From Williopsis jadinii (taxonomy: Eukaryota): a DNA stretch of 64,000 bases. A model generated the notes under the pieces. That model searched no databases, was not told the DNA's origin, and saw only the letters and a list, made by a program, of their open reading frames with translations. The DNA lies in assembly GCA_024346625.1 (NCBI GenBank), contig AP024664.1, positions 1,922,001 to 1,986,000 on the forward strand, given 5' to 3'. Positions 34,628 through 45,698 of this stretch are shown here, in pieces. The position numbers and the translations under genes are program-made. Numbering within the stretch: position 1 is the first letter of the stretch; the number at the start of each line of letters is the position of its first letter.

Positions 34628-37444
34628 ATGGATCAGAGCGGCAACTCCCTTCTGTTGAGGTTCATCGAATCGCAGCAGTTTTCGCTGTTCATGTGCATTG
34701 CGTACCTCACCCGGTACGCCAATAACATTGGTATCCATCACCATCTCTGCCAGAAGCTACGTACGTATAAGCTAGACGACCTCAGCTTCTTCATACCGCA
34801 ACTGTGCCAGATCCTGGTGACGGTGGATACGGAGTCGATGGCGCTAGAGGATTTGCTGCTGGACTTGGCCTCGAATGATCCACATTTTGCGCTGTTGACC
34901 TTTTGGACTCTTCAGGCCCACTTGACAGACCTGGCAGATGATCCGAATAGCTTTGCGTTCCAAAACGCAAGAAGGGTACTGAACACGCTACAATACATTC
35001 TGTTTAACGTTGGTTCTGCCCCGTCGCAGAGGTTCAGGGAGAACGTTGCGCCTGCTGTTATTATGACGTCGGCGATTGCCGCGTCAATTGGGCTACCACA
35101 ACTCGGACAGTTCATTGAGCCCGTGGCCAAGAGCCAGGGTCGTAAGCAGAAGAGCTTTGTGTTTGAATTGGCAACCAATTTGAAGCAGAAGATTACTGAA
35201 AACTTGACCCTGAAGAATACAAGGATGAACTCCAGCTCCAGTATGAAGTACGATACGATTCCAAAGTCGCCAATTGGGGACGACTACAAGAAGAAGTTAC
35301 CGCCACAGACTGAAACAACTTATGATTTTGAGCTGATCGATGCTTACGCTGACGATATTGATAAGAATCACAAGATGAGAAACAAACTCACGAGAGATAT
35401 ACTCCGCTCGCATTCCTTCTACGAGACTGGTCATGATTTGTCTACTGCATCCTCACCAACGTTTGGTGTTGGATTTGACCATGATCCAAATACCATGTCA
35501 ATGCCAGATTTACAACAGACGCAAACTGGTCCATCATCTCCAACTGCATCTTTGAGTTCATCCCCTGGAGATAGGCCACGCCATTTGAGGGGAAGAACTC
35601 GTCATAGAATGAACTCTCATGGTGCCAACATCAGAAACATCTCACCTTCTCTAATGAACACTCCAAGCAAGATCAAACTACTCAAATCGAATTACTTCAG
35701 ATGCGAAACACAATTTGCAATTGCACTACAGACCATTTCGGTGAGATTGAGTGCAGTGCCAAAAGAGGCCAGGTTGTCATCGTTGCGTGCAGAGTTATCA
35801 CTCATGAACAGAGATTTACCCGCAGAGGTGGATATCCCAACGTTACTACCCACAAACAGAAGGGGTAAATTGCACAAAATTGTACATATCGCAGCGAATG
35901 AAGCAGCAGTGTTGAATTCTGCAGAGAGAGTTCCGTTCTTACTGTTGATTGAATACCTGAGTGACGATTTAGATTTTGATCCAACTACAAATTCGAACAA
36001 CAGACTACTCCATGAGAAGCCAAACAACTCTTACATTTTTGATCTAGGTATTAAACCAACCAGTTCGTTGTCTCCGCATCCAACGGATTACTTCGAAGAA
36101 GAACCGGTTGAAACAGATTTGGGTGATCTGTCAGTGGTGAAGTTGTCAAACAAGAATGAATCTGAGTTGCTGACAAACGAGATGTTTGTTGCGTCATCCT
36201 CAAAGGTTCCAATCATTGACAACGAGGATGAACGTGGAAAGGAATTGAACTTTAGCTCGGACCTCAAGCTGAGTTTCGATGAAGACTCAGATAACTCAGA
36301 CTTGGCAACACAGATGAGAATAGCCGCAGTTATGTTGTCGCAACTTGATAGCGGCACCAGTTCATTACCTTCGGATCAGACAGCTGCTATTAAGGCAAAG
36401 ATTATCACATCCATGCAGTCCTTACAGGATAAATTTGGCTACAAAGATTTGGAGGCAATACATGGAGCTGCTGGTGAGCGTAAATTGGAGAATGACTTGA
36501 AGTTAGGAGGTGTCTCCAATAACAACTCGAACGCGTACCTCGGTGAAGACTGGCACACTAAAAAGGAGAGAATCCGTAAACAGAGTGCATATGGACACCT
36601 CGATAATTGGGATTTGTGCTCAGTGATTGCCAAGAATGGTGATGATCTGAGACAAGAAGCATTTGCCTCCCAGGTGATCCAAGCGATGGCATCTGTTTGG
36701 AAAACGTCAAATATTCCTGTATGGGTCAAGAGGATGAGAATCCTTATCACAAGTGCCAACACTGGTCTTGTGGAAACCATTACCAATGCCCTTTCCGTCC
36801 ATTCTATCAAAAAGGAATTGACAAAACTCTCGATTGAGAGTGGTGATAATCCAAAGGGAAAAATCAGCTCACTGACAGAGCACTTTGAGAGATGCTTTGG
36901 GGAACCATCGTCGTCAAAGTATAAGCGCGCACAAGATAACTTTGCAATGTCCCTTGCCGGTTATTCTGTCATTTGTTACATTTTACAAATTAAGGACCGT
37001 CACAACGGTAACATCATGCTGGATAACGATGGACACATTATTCATATCGATTTTGGTTTCTTGCTCTCCAACTCTCCGGGCTCCGTCGGTTTTGAAGCTG
37101 CACCATTCAAGCTCACTAACGAATATATTGACTTGCTTGGCGGCCTTGATGGAGCTCCATTCATCAAGTTCAAGAAGTTGACCCAAGATGCATTTAAAGC
37201 TTTGAGAAAGCAAGCGGACCATTTGATCACGATGGTGGAATTGATGCAAAAGGATAGCGACTTGCCGTGTTTCAAAGCAGGGTCTCAGACATCAGTCCAG
37301 TTTAGACAGAGATTCCAGCTGCATTTGACCGAATCGGAGTGCGACGCCTTTGTTGAAAACTATCTAATCGCAAAGAGTATAAATAGTGTCTACACAAGGC
37401 TCTATGACCAGTTCCAGTTACTTACTCAAGGTATTTATAGTTGA
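34628..37444 (+). CDS. PIK1: Phosphatidylinositol 4-kinase Pik1
   Basis: N-terminal LLLRFIES/FFIPQ, NSAERVPFLL, KNGDDLRQE, KDRHNGN, HIDFG. Confidence 0.96.
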   Translation: MDQSGNSLLLRFIESQQFSLFMCIAYLTRYANNIGIHHHLCQKLRTYKLDDLSFFIPQLCQILVTVDTESMALEDLLLDLASNDPHFALLTFWTLQAHLTDLADDPNSFAFQNARRVLNTLQYILFNVGSAPSQRFRENVAPAVIMTSAIAASIGLPQLGQFIEPVAKSQGRKQKSFVFELATNLKQKITENLTLKNTRMNSSSSMKYDTIPKSPIGDDYKKKLPPQTETTYDFELIDAYADDIDKNHKMRNKLTRDILRSHSFYETGHDLSTASSPTFGVGFDHDPNTMSMPDLQQTQTGPSSPTASLSSSPGDRPRHLRGRTRHRMNSHGANIRNISPSLMNTPSKIKLLKSNYFRCETQFAIALQTISVRLSAVPKEARLSSLRAELSLMNRDLPAEVDIPTLLPTNRRGKLHKIVHIAANEAAVLNSAERVPFLLLIEYLSDDLDFDPTTNSNNRLLHEKPNNSYIFDLGIKPTSSLSPHPTDYFEEEPVETDLGDLSVVKLSNKNESELLTNEMFVASSSKVPIIDNEDERGKELNFSSDLKLSFDEDSDNSDLATQMRIAAVMLSQLDSGTSSLPSDQTAAIKAKIITSMQSLQDKFGYKDLEAIHGAAGERKLENDLKLGGVSNNNSNAYLGEDWHTKKERIRKQSAYGHLDNWDLCSVIAKNGDDLRQEAFASQVIQAMASVWKTSNIPVWVKRMRILITSANTGLVETITNALSVHSIKKELTKLSIESGDNPKGKISSLTEHFERCFGEPSSSKYKRAQDNFAMSLAGYSVICYILQIKDRHNGNIMLDNDGHIIHIDFGFLLSNSPGSVGFEAAPFKLTNEYIDLLGGLDGAPFIKFKKLTQDAFKALRKQADHLITMVELMQKDSDLPCFKAGSQTSVQFRQRFQLHLTESECDAFVENYLIAKSINSVYTRLYDQFQLLTQGIYS

Positions 37445-37499
37445 TTACATTTTATAAAGTTTTTAAAAAAAGTTGTACAGTTTTCCTTTTCATCTAATT

Positions 37500-40400
37500 T
37501 TATTCAAAGGCTGATTTGCCCAATTTGTTGAGAACACCACTCGAGGAACCCTTCATTGTCTTCTCAATCTTTCTAGCCTTGAGGACCCTACTATGTGCCT
37601 CTATGTTTGTGCTAGCAGCAGATTTTCCCTTACCAAAGGACATGACAGAAGCCCTTGCGCTAGAGGCTGCCTTATAAGATGTAGATATGGTGACTTCGTT
37701 GCATTTAGCAGACGAGTCTGATTGGACAAATGACCTCTTCAACGAAGGAACTCTGAATGCATCAGACGGAGAGCTTGATAGATCGACATTGATAACTTTC
37801 TTCTTCTGAGGTGTCTTACTAGGCATATAGATGGTTGATTTCTGCTTCAAAGTATGAAGATCATCAAAGCTGTCATCATCATCCATGTAGTTCATAGGCT
37901 GTGGCGGCGTGTCGTCATAGTCTCCCAAAAACGACAAAGATTTCTGAACAAAAGCCTGTGTGATACGGATCTTCTTCTTGCCACCAACTTCCTCTGGAGA
38001 CTTGAGCTTATCCTTGTTCTCTTTGTTTATAAATGGGTTACTGTCACTCTCATCTTCGGAAGTCTCTTCACAGTCAACACGGCCAAATATATCTGCCTTT
38101 GACTCCTGCGTTTCAGTAATAGATTCGAAAAATGCCTTGGACTTCTTATCTCTTGCCAATTTTCTTAATTTCTCATCCTCTTCAAACTTTTCTCTTAGTT
38201 TGCTCTGTTGGTACATCTTGTATCTTCTCATTACCTCGTCTTCTTCATCGTAGAAATCGAAACCATCAGCAGAATCACCACCACGTCTTTTCCAATTACC
38301 TGTTTCAAGATCCTTCAAGATTTTCATCAACATCTTTTGATCCATTTGTGCATCTTCTGCAGCAATTTCCTTAGCCAATTCCATTCTATCTTGCTTGATC
38401 TTAGTAACATCGTCAAACATCTTCTCATCTTCAGAATCCTCTTCGTCCGATCTTTCGCCTTCCGCTCCACCAACACCTTGCCATTCATCTTCAGATTCCT
38501 CAGCCTCATTCTCCATAATCTGGTCAAGACCCTTACTCTTCAAATTCCTCTTACGACGTTTTTCCTCATCCAACGCTTTACGACGTTGTTGTTTGTAAAA
38601 CTCGGCACGCTTCAATCTCTCTTCTTCTGTTTCTATGTCCTCTTCTTCTTCATTGTCTTCCTCGCTGTGCGAAAGCAGATCTGATTCTGTAGATTTCTTC
38701 ACCAGCCTTCTTGTACGTTGAATGATTGGTGAGCTTGGAAGGGTATCAGGAAGTGTGTCTTGATATATCTGGACACTATCAGCGTTGGTCTGAGTTATTT
38801 TCTGAGTGTCTAGACTTGGAGCATTGAAAGATTTCTCAGCAGTTGGGGGCTCTATATCCACTAGTTGTGTATCTGGTTCATCAATCAAGGCACATGTAGG
38901 CTTTGGGGAGTTAAAATCGATGTACAATGACTCGTCTAACCGGCTGTCCACCACAGATTCGCCACCCAAGACGTGTTCACCGTTTTTGCGTGCCTCTTGG
39001 AAGATCTGAGTTGAAGAAACTTCCTCATTAGCTATTGACCCGGAGCCCTTCTCAAAAGCCTGAGTCATAGAAACACCAAGTAGGTCTTTCAGCCTCTGAG
39101 TCTGGTTATCGCTTTGAGAGAAATTCCCTCCAAAAGATCCCAAATTGATAAATGCACCAGGCTCATGCTTCTGTAAGGCATTGGTGAGCTCTTTGGAAGC
39201 AATTTCGTCTATATCCTCATCATCTTCAACGATGTTTCTCTTTCTTGACTTCACCTTTGGTTGTGGAATGTCTTCTCCTTCATCTTGTTCTGCAAAATGG
39301 GAACCATAGTTATCTTGTTTAGATAGCACATTCTCGTCACCCTCTTCCACATCACTATTGTCATCATCATCATCAGCGGACTCCGGAACATCGCTTTCCA
39401 CAACCTCATTTCCTTCATAGTCACTGTCTTCTTCCTCATCATCATCATGATTGTCTGATCTATGCTTATGAGCTGTGCTTGATTCGTGGTCTTTAACCGT
39501 ATTCGCATGTTCAATATATTTTCTCAAGAGATCTTCAACATCAAGGTCTTCTGGTTGTAGCATATCAAACTTTTCTTGGCCATCTGGGAATAACGAACGA
39601 CTCTCTTTAATTTGTTTGTGAGATGCATTTCTTAACTTTTCAAGCATTTGGTTCCTTGTAATGACATTACTCTTCATCATTTTCTTCTTGGATTCGAGGG
39701 TCTTTTTACTGAATCTGGCCTTGAGTTCCAACATCTCTGATTTTGATACCCTGACAGGAATGTCATCATCGTCACTATCGTCACTATCGTCGAGTTCAAT
39801 CATCTTTGGTTTCTGCTCTGGACTCTTGAGTCTAAACAACGGCTTACTGTTCGTCTGATTCGTCGTTTCATCTGATTTATGCTTGAGTATATTCAGGACA
39901 TCAAATTCATCGTCACTGTCGCTATTATTGTCGCTATCATTTGCGAGAGCAATCTCTTTCTCTGCGACCAGTGATTTCTTTGCTCCTGGTGAATTCAACG
40001 GTGTTGTAGAAGGCGTTTCGTTGTTCTTCTCTGAGCTCAGAAGGTCCTTTGTATCAATCTTCCCGCTAGTTGGAAGACCAAATGCTGCTAGCAAGTCGGT
40101 CTTGACAAAGTTCTTCACAACAGTAGAGCCTATATTCAAAGGTTCATCAACTCTTCTATCCTCCTCACCGGATTCATAATCATGATCATCTTCGAGTTCT
40201 TTCTGTAAATCGTCCTTCTTTCCTTTCTTAGAGTCTTTGATCTTCTCGTCACCTTTCTTGTTTGATAAAGTCTTGTCATTCTTGCTCTTATCGTTCTGCT
40301 CCTTCATCAATCTCAGTGCTTTCTTCTTCTCAGCCAATGCTTTGATTTTTTGCTCTCTCTGCTCCTTTTGAGTAAGTTTGATGACCTGCGTTTCACCAGA

Positions 40401-41132
40401 TACCAAGGCTTGAGTTGGTGCAATTTGCTGTGTTGTTCCAATATCACCGGTGTTGTCCTCTTCTTCGTCTTCATCCTCGGATTCTTCAACAAAGAGCTTA
40501 TGTGTCTTCAGTAGTTGCGTTGGAGGAGAAGAAGGAACCGTCATATTAGCAAGTTTGGAGCCAATGGGTTCTTTAGATTCAGTAGATCTGATTGTTGGCA
40601 TCAGCGAAGCATTCAAAGGGAGATTGCCATCTTCATCGTCGTCATCGTCGTCATCTTCCTGTGTGAACAATGGCGGCTTCTTGAAATGACGATGTGGGTG
40701 CAATGGAAACGTCCCATCCTCAACATCATCTTCTTCACCAGCTGTAGATACACGTTCATCGAATATCTTCTGAGTAGCTACACTAGCCGCATCAATGCGC
40801 TGTGTATCTTCTATTTGATCATACTGCTCAGATTGTGTGGTCACTTCACTGTCACCTATATCCTTCTCAGAGTCGTCTGAATGTTCGTGTTCCTCCTCAT
40901 GATAATCTTCACTAGCAGCCTCACCATTTAAGCGTCTCTTCACTTTAGCAAGTGCTTCTGCCAAGGCATCGGGCTGCTGTGCAAAGACTTCACCTTCATG
41001 TTCACCATCACTATCTTTACTTGAACCATCGTCATCAGATTCAAAATGAAACTCTGCTTCCTGGATATCAACATGTTTGGTGAAGGTTCTCGCCCTCGCT
41101 GGCTGGATCTTTAACTCATCCAAAAGATCCAT
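37500..41132 (-). CDS. MRC1: Replication checkpoint mediator Mrc1
   Basis: Acidic protein with many S/TQ sites and the Mrc1 domain (ENEAEESEDEWQGVGG). Near KRR1 and VAC17, as in S. cerevisiae. Confidence 0.88.
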   Translation of the reverse strand: MDLLDELKIQPARARTFTKHVDIQEAEFHFESDDDGSSKDSDGEHEGEVFAQQPDALAEALAKVKRRLNGEAASEDYHEEEHEHSDDSEKDIGDSEVTTQSEQYDQIEDTQRIDAASVATQKIFDERVSTAGEEDDVEDGTFPLHPHRHFKKPPLFTQEDDDDDDDEDGNLPLNASLMPTIRSTESKEPIGSKLANMTVPSSPPTQLLKTHKLFVEESEDEDEEEDNTGDIGTTQQIAPTQALVSGETQVIKLTQKEQREQKIKALAEKKKALRLMKEQNDKSKNDKTLSNKKGDEKIKDSKKGKKDDLQKELEDDHDYESGEEDRRVDEPLNIGSTVVKNFVKTDLLAAFGLPTSGKIDTKDLLSSEKNNETPSTTPLNSPGAKKSLVAEKEIALANDSDNNSDSDDEFDVLNILKHKSDETTNQTNSKPLFRLKSPEQKPKMIELDDSDDSDDDDIPVRVSKSEMLELKARFSKKTLESKKKMMKSNVITRNQMLEKLRNASHKQIKESRSLFPDGQEKFDMLQPEDLDVEDLLRKYIEHANTVKDHESSTAHKHRSDNHDDDEEEDSDYEGNEVVESDVPESADDDDDNSDVEEGDENVLSKQDNYGSHFAEQDEGEDIPQPKVKSRKRNIVEDDEDIDEIASKELTNALQKHEPGAFINLGSFGGNFSQSDNQTQRLKDLLGVSMTQAFEKGSGSIANEEVSSTQIFQEARKNGEHVLGGESVVDSRLDESLYIDFNSPKPTCALIDEPDTQLVDIEPPTAEKSFNAPSLDTQKITQTNADSVQIYQDTLPDTLPSSPIIQRTRRLVKKSTESDLLSHSEEDNEEEEDIETEEERLKRAEFYKQQRRKALDEEKRRKRNLKSKGLDQIMENEAEESEDEWQGVGGAEGERSDEEDSEDEKMFDDVTKIKQDRMELAKEIAAEDAQMDQKMLMKILKDLETGNWKRRGGDSADGFDFYDEEDEVMRRYKMYQQSKLREKFEEDEKLRKLARDKKSKAFFESITETQESKADIFGRVDCEETSEDESDSNPFINKENKDKLKSPEEVGGKKKIRITQAFVQKSLSFLGDYDDTPPQPMNYMDDDDSFDDLHTLKQKSTIYMPSKTPQKKKVINVDLSSSPSDAFRVPSLKRSFVQSDSSAKCNEVTISTSYKAASSARASVMSFGKGKSAASTNIEAHSRVLKARKIEKTMKGSSSGVLNKLGKSAFE

Positions 41133-41238
41133 TGCCTTGCTTTGGTGTTTATCGTCTGTATCTTCGGGTGCTTAGAGTCTTTGGAACCTTTGTTGCTGTT
41201 GTTGTTGTTGTTGTGAACTCCATAGCCGCCAAAAGAGA

Positions 41239-41303
41239 AACGCGCTCATAAAACAAATCGCGGAAGCGCGATGCCTTCAGCAAAAAGCTTTTTACACCGC
41301 GTA
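41239..41303. promoter_or_regulatory. MCB-like CGCG cluster upstream of MRC1
   Basis: AACGCG, TCGCG, GCGCG and CGCGT within about 65 bp. Confidence 0.5.
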
Positions 41304-41384
41304 ACTTTGGTTGCCGTGGTAACACCAAAGCTTATACAAATAGGCAATACTTGATTAAGTTGATTAGAAACGTATACGGAAAGG

Positions 41385-43493
41385 CTAGTCAAATTCGAAT
41401 TCACTCTTGAGAGCGTCTTCAAGGGCAGCCTGACTGATTTGGCTGGTGACAACCGATGATTGGAGCAGCACAGAGCCTTCTCCGTGTTGTACTGTAGCAC
41501 TTCTGTTAGCACCGATGGTTAGTGTGGAGAAGCTTCCCTTTATAGGCATGGCCATATGTGGTTTCCTCAGTGGCCCCCCTCTATGTGACTCATTAACGGG
41601 TCTGCCGACCTCTCTAGTGACGAGAGATGTGGAAGGGATGAAGGTTTGTGCGTTGAACCTGGAGAAGAGCGATTCGGAAGGCTTCTGAGGCCTTGAGGTC
41701 TCTAGGGTTTCATACCTATTATGGATCTTGTGTGACGTGGCCGCTGATGCTGATGATATAGGTATTGGTGATGATGCAACTGTGGATGTGTGGTTAGCAA
41801 ATGGGCTGTTGTTATTATTGGTATTAGCAGTGGTGGATCTCACTGTGCCCGTTGATGGTTGTGCCTTCTTTGAGCCAAACCAAAATGAGAACCCATTCGA
41901 CGTTGCCTTACTCCGTTCCGGCTTGGCTGATTGTGCAACAAGACTTGAAAGTGCAGCTTTAGTAGTCTGGTCACTATTTCTAGAGATGGACAAGTTGTTC
42001 ACTGAAAGTGTAGTAACATTGGTAGGCTTTGCAGAAACACGTTGGTTCCCACTTGAGAACTTTTGCATCCAGCTCATAGTTTGAGTCTTGGAGTCTCTCA
42101 ATGGATGTACCGGGATCCTAGTGGTCATCGAGGAGAAGATAGAATCACAAGAGTTGGATCTATTCAAACGATGCGAGAATGTTGGCAGCGGGTCTAAAGG
42201 TTCTGACGATTCTTGTGCAGGCAAGTCAGCTTCATTGCATAGTGGCTCAGGAATTTTCCGTAAGGAGTCGTTGAGCAAGTTCTGCAAGCTGATATCCCCT
42301 TTACAAGCAACATCGTATTCATCACCTTTGGACTCGGGGAAAACAACCACAGAGTTGTCAGGAGTGATATTGGGGGTGATGAGTCCAATATCTTGGCTCC
42401 CTTTCACATCTGAAATGAAGGTACTCTCCATAACTGGTGAGTTTAACCACTGAGTATCTTTTGTGACATCGTCGTCCACGGATTGTTGCCTCTTTTTGAT
42501 GGCAAGACCAGCCTCCAATGAAACAGCATGTCTTAAAAAAGCGTTTATAGGTGTTTTTGGTCCACCAGTCGTAGGCGTGAGTGACAGCGATGATATCGAG
42601 TGCGGCACAGAATTCGATCTCTTATGCTTCGTAAGAGGTGACAATCTTTCATTCGATTTGTGAGATAACGGAGAGATTATGTGAATGGGCTCGGAAGATT
42701 TACATGGCTTCTTAGGAGTCTCAATCTTCAACACTTGTCCTTCATTGTCGTCACTTTTTGTGAACAAGGACTCTCCCTGATCATGTTGGAAACTCTCTGA
42801 AAATATATTTGCCGTGTTGAATGAAGAGTCTGGTGTAAGCATCATTGGATTGTTTAGCATACTGGGCGAATAGTTCAACAAGTTCAAGTTCAATGACCTT
42901 CTCTTGCTCTTCTCTCTTTTGGATACACACCGTATCGGTTTTAATGTCATGGGCTCCTCAGGTGCTTCATTAGTTGTTCGTAACGGGGTCAGCGGCGATG
43001 ATTCTATAGGAGCATTCGATCTTGCAGTGATCGTTGAGGTATTATACGTTTTGGAATTGAAGTCTGAATCGATCTTTCTGGAGAGAAATCTGAACTCGAG
43101 CCAGAGGTTCTCCAGTGTTGCTTCGCTTGTCTTCCAATTAAGTTCGTCATCCTTCCTGATCTGCCCACAGTCACACGTACTATCAAGTAATCGCGCCTTA
43201 TTGGCTATCTGTTGCGCCTCATACATCTGTAGCTGCTTTTCAAAGAATTCGCTTCGTATAAGTAATGAGTTCAACTGTGTAAGTAGATGCTGATAATGGG
43301 CGAGCTTCGCACTGAGACTCTCAACCTTAGAATCTAACGACGGGATAAAAGACGAGCTCGTCCTCAGCTCATAGGTGAGCCTCATATTCTCTTCGATCAT
43401 CTGCACAGTACGGTTCGACTTTGAAAGTATCGTTGACGTTAGATCGTCAAGTCGACCTCTGTGGATCTCGATATCCCTCAGAGTTATGGACAT
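41385..43493 (-). CDS. VAC17: Vacuole-inheritance Myo2 adaptor Vac17-like protein
   Basis: N-terminal coiled coil with QLNSLLIRSE (recalled Vac17 QLNSLYVRSE), LKPIR segment, C-terminal ISQAALEDAL; many SP/TP sites; adjacent to MRC1. Confidence 0.65.
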   Translation of the reverse strand: MSITLRDIEIHRGRLDDLTSTILSKSNRTVQMIEENMRLTYELRTSSSFIPSLDSKVESLSAKLAHYQHLLTQLNSLLIRSEFFEKQLQMYEAQQIANKARLLDSTCDCGQIRKDDELNWKTSEATLENLWLEFRFLSRKIDSDFNSKTYNTSTITARSNAPIESSPLTPLRTTNEAPEEPMTLKPIRCVSKREKSKRRSLNLNLLNYSPSMLNNPMMLTPDSSFNTANIFSESFQHDQGESLFTKSDDNEGQVLKIETPKKPCKSSEPIHIISPLSHKSNERLSPLTKHKRSNSVPHSISSLSLTPTTGGPKTPINAFLRHAVSLEAGLAIKKRQQSVDDDVTKDTQWLNSPVMESTFISDVKGSQDIGLITPNITPDNSVVVFPESKGDEYDVACKGDISLQNLLNDSLRKIPEPLCNEADLPAQESSEPLDPLPTFSHRLNRSNSCDSIFSSMTTRIPVHPLRDSKTQTMSWMQKFSSGNQRVSAKPTNVTTLSVNNLSISRNSDQTTKAALSSLVAQSAKPERSKATSNGFSFWFGSKKAQPSTGTVRSTTANTNNNNSPFANHTSTVASSPIPISSASAATSHKIHNRYETLETSRPQKPSESLFSRFNAQTFIPSTSLVTREVGRPVNESHRGGPLRKPHMAMPIKGSFSTLTIGANRSATVQHGEGSVLLQSSVVTSQISQAALEDALKSEFEFD

Positions 43494-43714
43494 ATCTTTG
43501 AGACCTCAATAGCGCAAAACACCAGCAGCAGATCCAAAACAACCAGGGGGAAGCCTCTCAAAAAGAAGTTGGAGCTCTGAGCCAACTGGTAATATCCCAA
43601 CTCTTTATAAACCTTCAAGTACAACAAAGAGGCTCTGTCTATTGGGTTTAATATGAAGTGTGAAGAGGGAGAGGGAAAAAAATTAGCGGCTGCACTCTGC
43701 TACCAGAAAATAAT

Positions 43715-43820
43715 GTAAACAAACCCAATCGGGAAATTATTATGGTAAGAACCACATGAAAACCCGTTTCCACAGTAATTCTTAGCCATAACGGGACACG
43801 GCTGACGCAACGTTGTTTAC
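43715..43820. promoter_or_regulatory. Forkhead + Mcm1-like composite site upstream of VAC17
   Basis: GTAAACAAA (43715) abuts CCCAATCGGGAAA (CC-N6-GG); a second TGTTTAC at 43814. Confidence 0.5.
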
Positions 43821-44162
43821 ACTTTGGAATATTTACTGGGCACGAGGCGGTACCTTTTTACTCGTCGTGTGCAGTGTTCACTGTTTATGGATGAAGATTT
43901 GAATTAAGAATAGCGTCGATTAGGCTTTAATGGTACCTCTTTGGGCCTTGCATGTCCTGGAGACACCTCGTGAATCCATCTCATTTATTATTGCAGTCCA
44001 TGGTGGCCTAGTTATGGCTAGACGTACAACAGGTAATATTTATATATGCAAATGTCAAATGATTAAAACCATACAAACAGGCTACCGCTAATAAAAACAC
44101 ATACACAACAATAGGACACTAGCGAGAATGCTATGTTTCATAACAGGACTCCCGTTGTTAGC

Positions 44163-45698
44163 TCATTTCTTAGAAGCACCTGGTTTCTTCCAGAAGTACT
44201 GCTTGTGAGTCTTTCTGCAACTTCTTAAACCACCACCTTTCACGGTATTAACGAGTTTGACCCTTTCCTCGTCAGCGTCTTTCTCCACGTCGTAGTAGTA
44301 CTCCTCGTCTAAGTATTTGCCCGCAGCGTCTTTACCACGACGGTAAATGACACCAATATGTGGACAAGCTGCGAGCACAGCTCTCAACTGCTGACGGGTC
44401 AGATTCTGTGTCGATGCAGAAACGGTCTGCAATTGTGCTAATGGCGTCTGTGACAGCCTTGAAAATGCCAAATGGTTTGTAACAACATTCTGGATAGAGT
44501 CAACCTCTTCCACTGTTTCCAAGATTTGTTCAATGTTCATAGATTCAATCTTTTCACGTGGTTGTAAACGATCAACTTTCTTCTTGACTGGGGACAACCC
44601 AGGCTCAGCTTTACGAACGCGTCTATTTTTCACTTCATGGTTTGCTGCCTTTGATTGTTGTTCCTTGTTCAGGTCATTGGCACTCATTGGTTGTAGAGGT
44701 GTGCGCTCCTTCTTAGCTTCCGAGACCTTGTTTGATGGAGTCAACGAATCGTCGAACGATGAGTGTGCAGATTGTTCAGAGACAGAAGATTTCAAGATCG
44801 GAGTGGTGGTTTTGGAGACACACTTGGTTGGTGCGTCGACTTTGCTCAACTTGGTAGACTTATCGGTTGGTGTTTGTAAGTAATCTGGCTCAACCTCCTT
44901 CATCTGTTGGGTTGGCTCAATGTGGCTTAGTGACTTACTCAACACAGGTTTTTCGTCCTCTGTTTCAGACTCATCACTAGTAACATCGACCATGATTTGA
45001 TAATCCATGACTCTAATCGTCAACTCTGGATCGTATGGAACAGTGAACTGTTCGCCGGTGACGACCTTAATCTCGGTAAACACCTCATCGTCATCACAGT
45101 CTTCCGATGGCTTGGTCTCGATGTAATAGACATCCTCGCTATCCTTGACTATACGGCCAAAGATTTGCTTATGGAATTGAATGTAGAGAGCGTTGGAGCC
45201 TTTGCAGAAAACTGTCAACTCATCGTGTTCCTTGCTGTACTGCAACTTAATATGAACACGCGACGCGAATTTGGACTTCATGAAGTAGTCACAGCGGGAA
45301 GATCTACCGAGGGTAACCTTCTCATTCGGGTACAACAGCACTTTCAACGGTCTTTGGGTATTGACAACCTTATGGGAGTTGCTATCTGGTGTTTCTTGGA
45401 AGTCAACTTCAGTTCTGATCAACGGGTGCTGAAGCAATTCAGCAGCAACAGCAGTCTCAGTTCTCGGAGGTGAGCTGGACCCTTGGTCCTGGTCCCGTGC
45501 ACCAGCACTGGAAGATGGGTTAGGCGTTGGGAACGTTTCTGCCTTGACAGCGTTCTTGTGTTCCTTGTTGAACGGAGTGCTCAACACGAGCTTCTTGGAT
45601 GGGACGGAGAATGAGTGGAATGGGTCATCCTGAAGTTGGTCCTCACTCTCTGGCACAGCGGCTAGGAAAGGTGAAGATGGTGGATACTCAGTCGACAT
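44163..45698 (-). CDS. TOS4: FHA-domain protein Tos4/Plm2
   Basis: PPSSP start, FHA (LGRSS...ASRVH), C-terminal NHLAFSRLSQTP, GKDAAGK.L.EEYYY, LRSCRKTHKQYFWKKP. Confidence 0.88.
   Translation of the reverse strand: MSTEYPPSSPFLAAVPESEDQLQDDPFHSFSVPSKKLVLSTPFNKEHKNAVKAETFPTPNPSSSAGARDQDQGSSSPPRTETAVAAELLQHPLIRTEVDFQETPDSNSHKVVNTQRPLKVLLYPNEKVTLGRSSRCDYFMKSKFASRVHIKLQYSKEHDELTVFCKGSNALYIQFHKQIFGRIVKDSEDVYYIETKPSEDCDDDEVFTEIKVVTGEQFTVPYDPELTIRVMDYQIMVDVTSDESETEDEKPVLSKSLSHIEPTQQMKEVEPDYLQTPTDKSTKLSKVDAPTKCVSKTTTPILKSSVSEQSAHSSFDDSLTPSNKVSEAKKERTPLQPMSANDLNKEQQSKAANHEVKNRRVRKAEPGLSPVKKKVDRLQPREKIESMNIEQILETVEEVDSIQNVVTNHLAFSRLSQTPLAQLQTVSASTQNLTRQQLRAVLAACPHIGVIYRRGKDAAGKYLDEEYYYDVEKDADEERVKLVNTVKGGGLRSCRKTHKQYFWKKPGASKK

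Noticed and set aside
37854..40880. Many antisense ORFs within MRC1 (and likewise SWR1, GIN4 and PAH1)
   Set aside because: Shadow frames produced by the acidic, low-complexity codon usage of the real genes.
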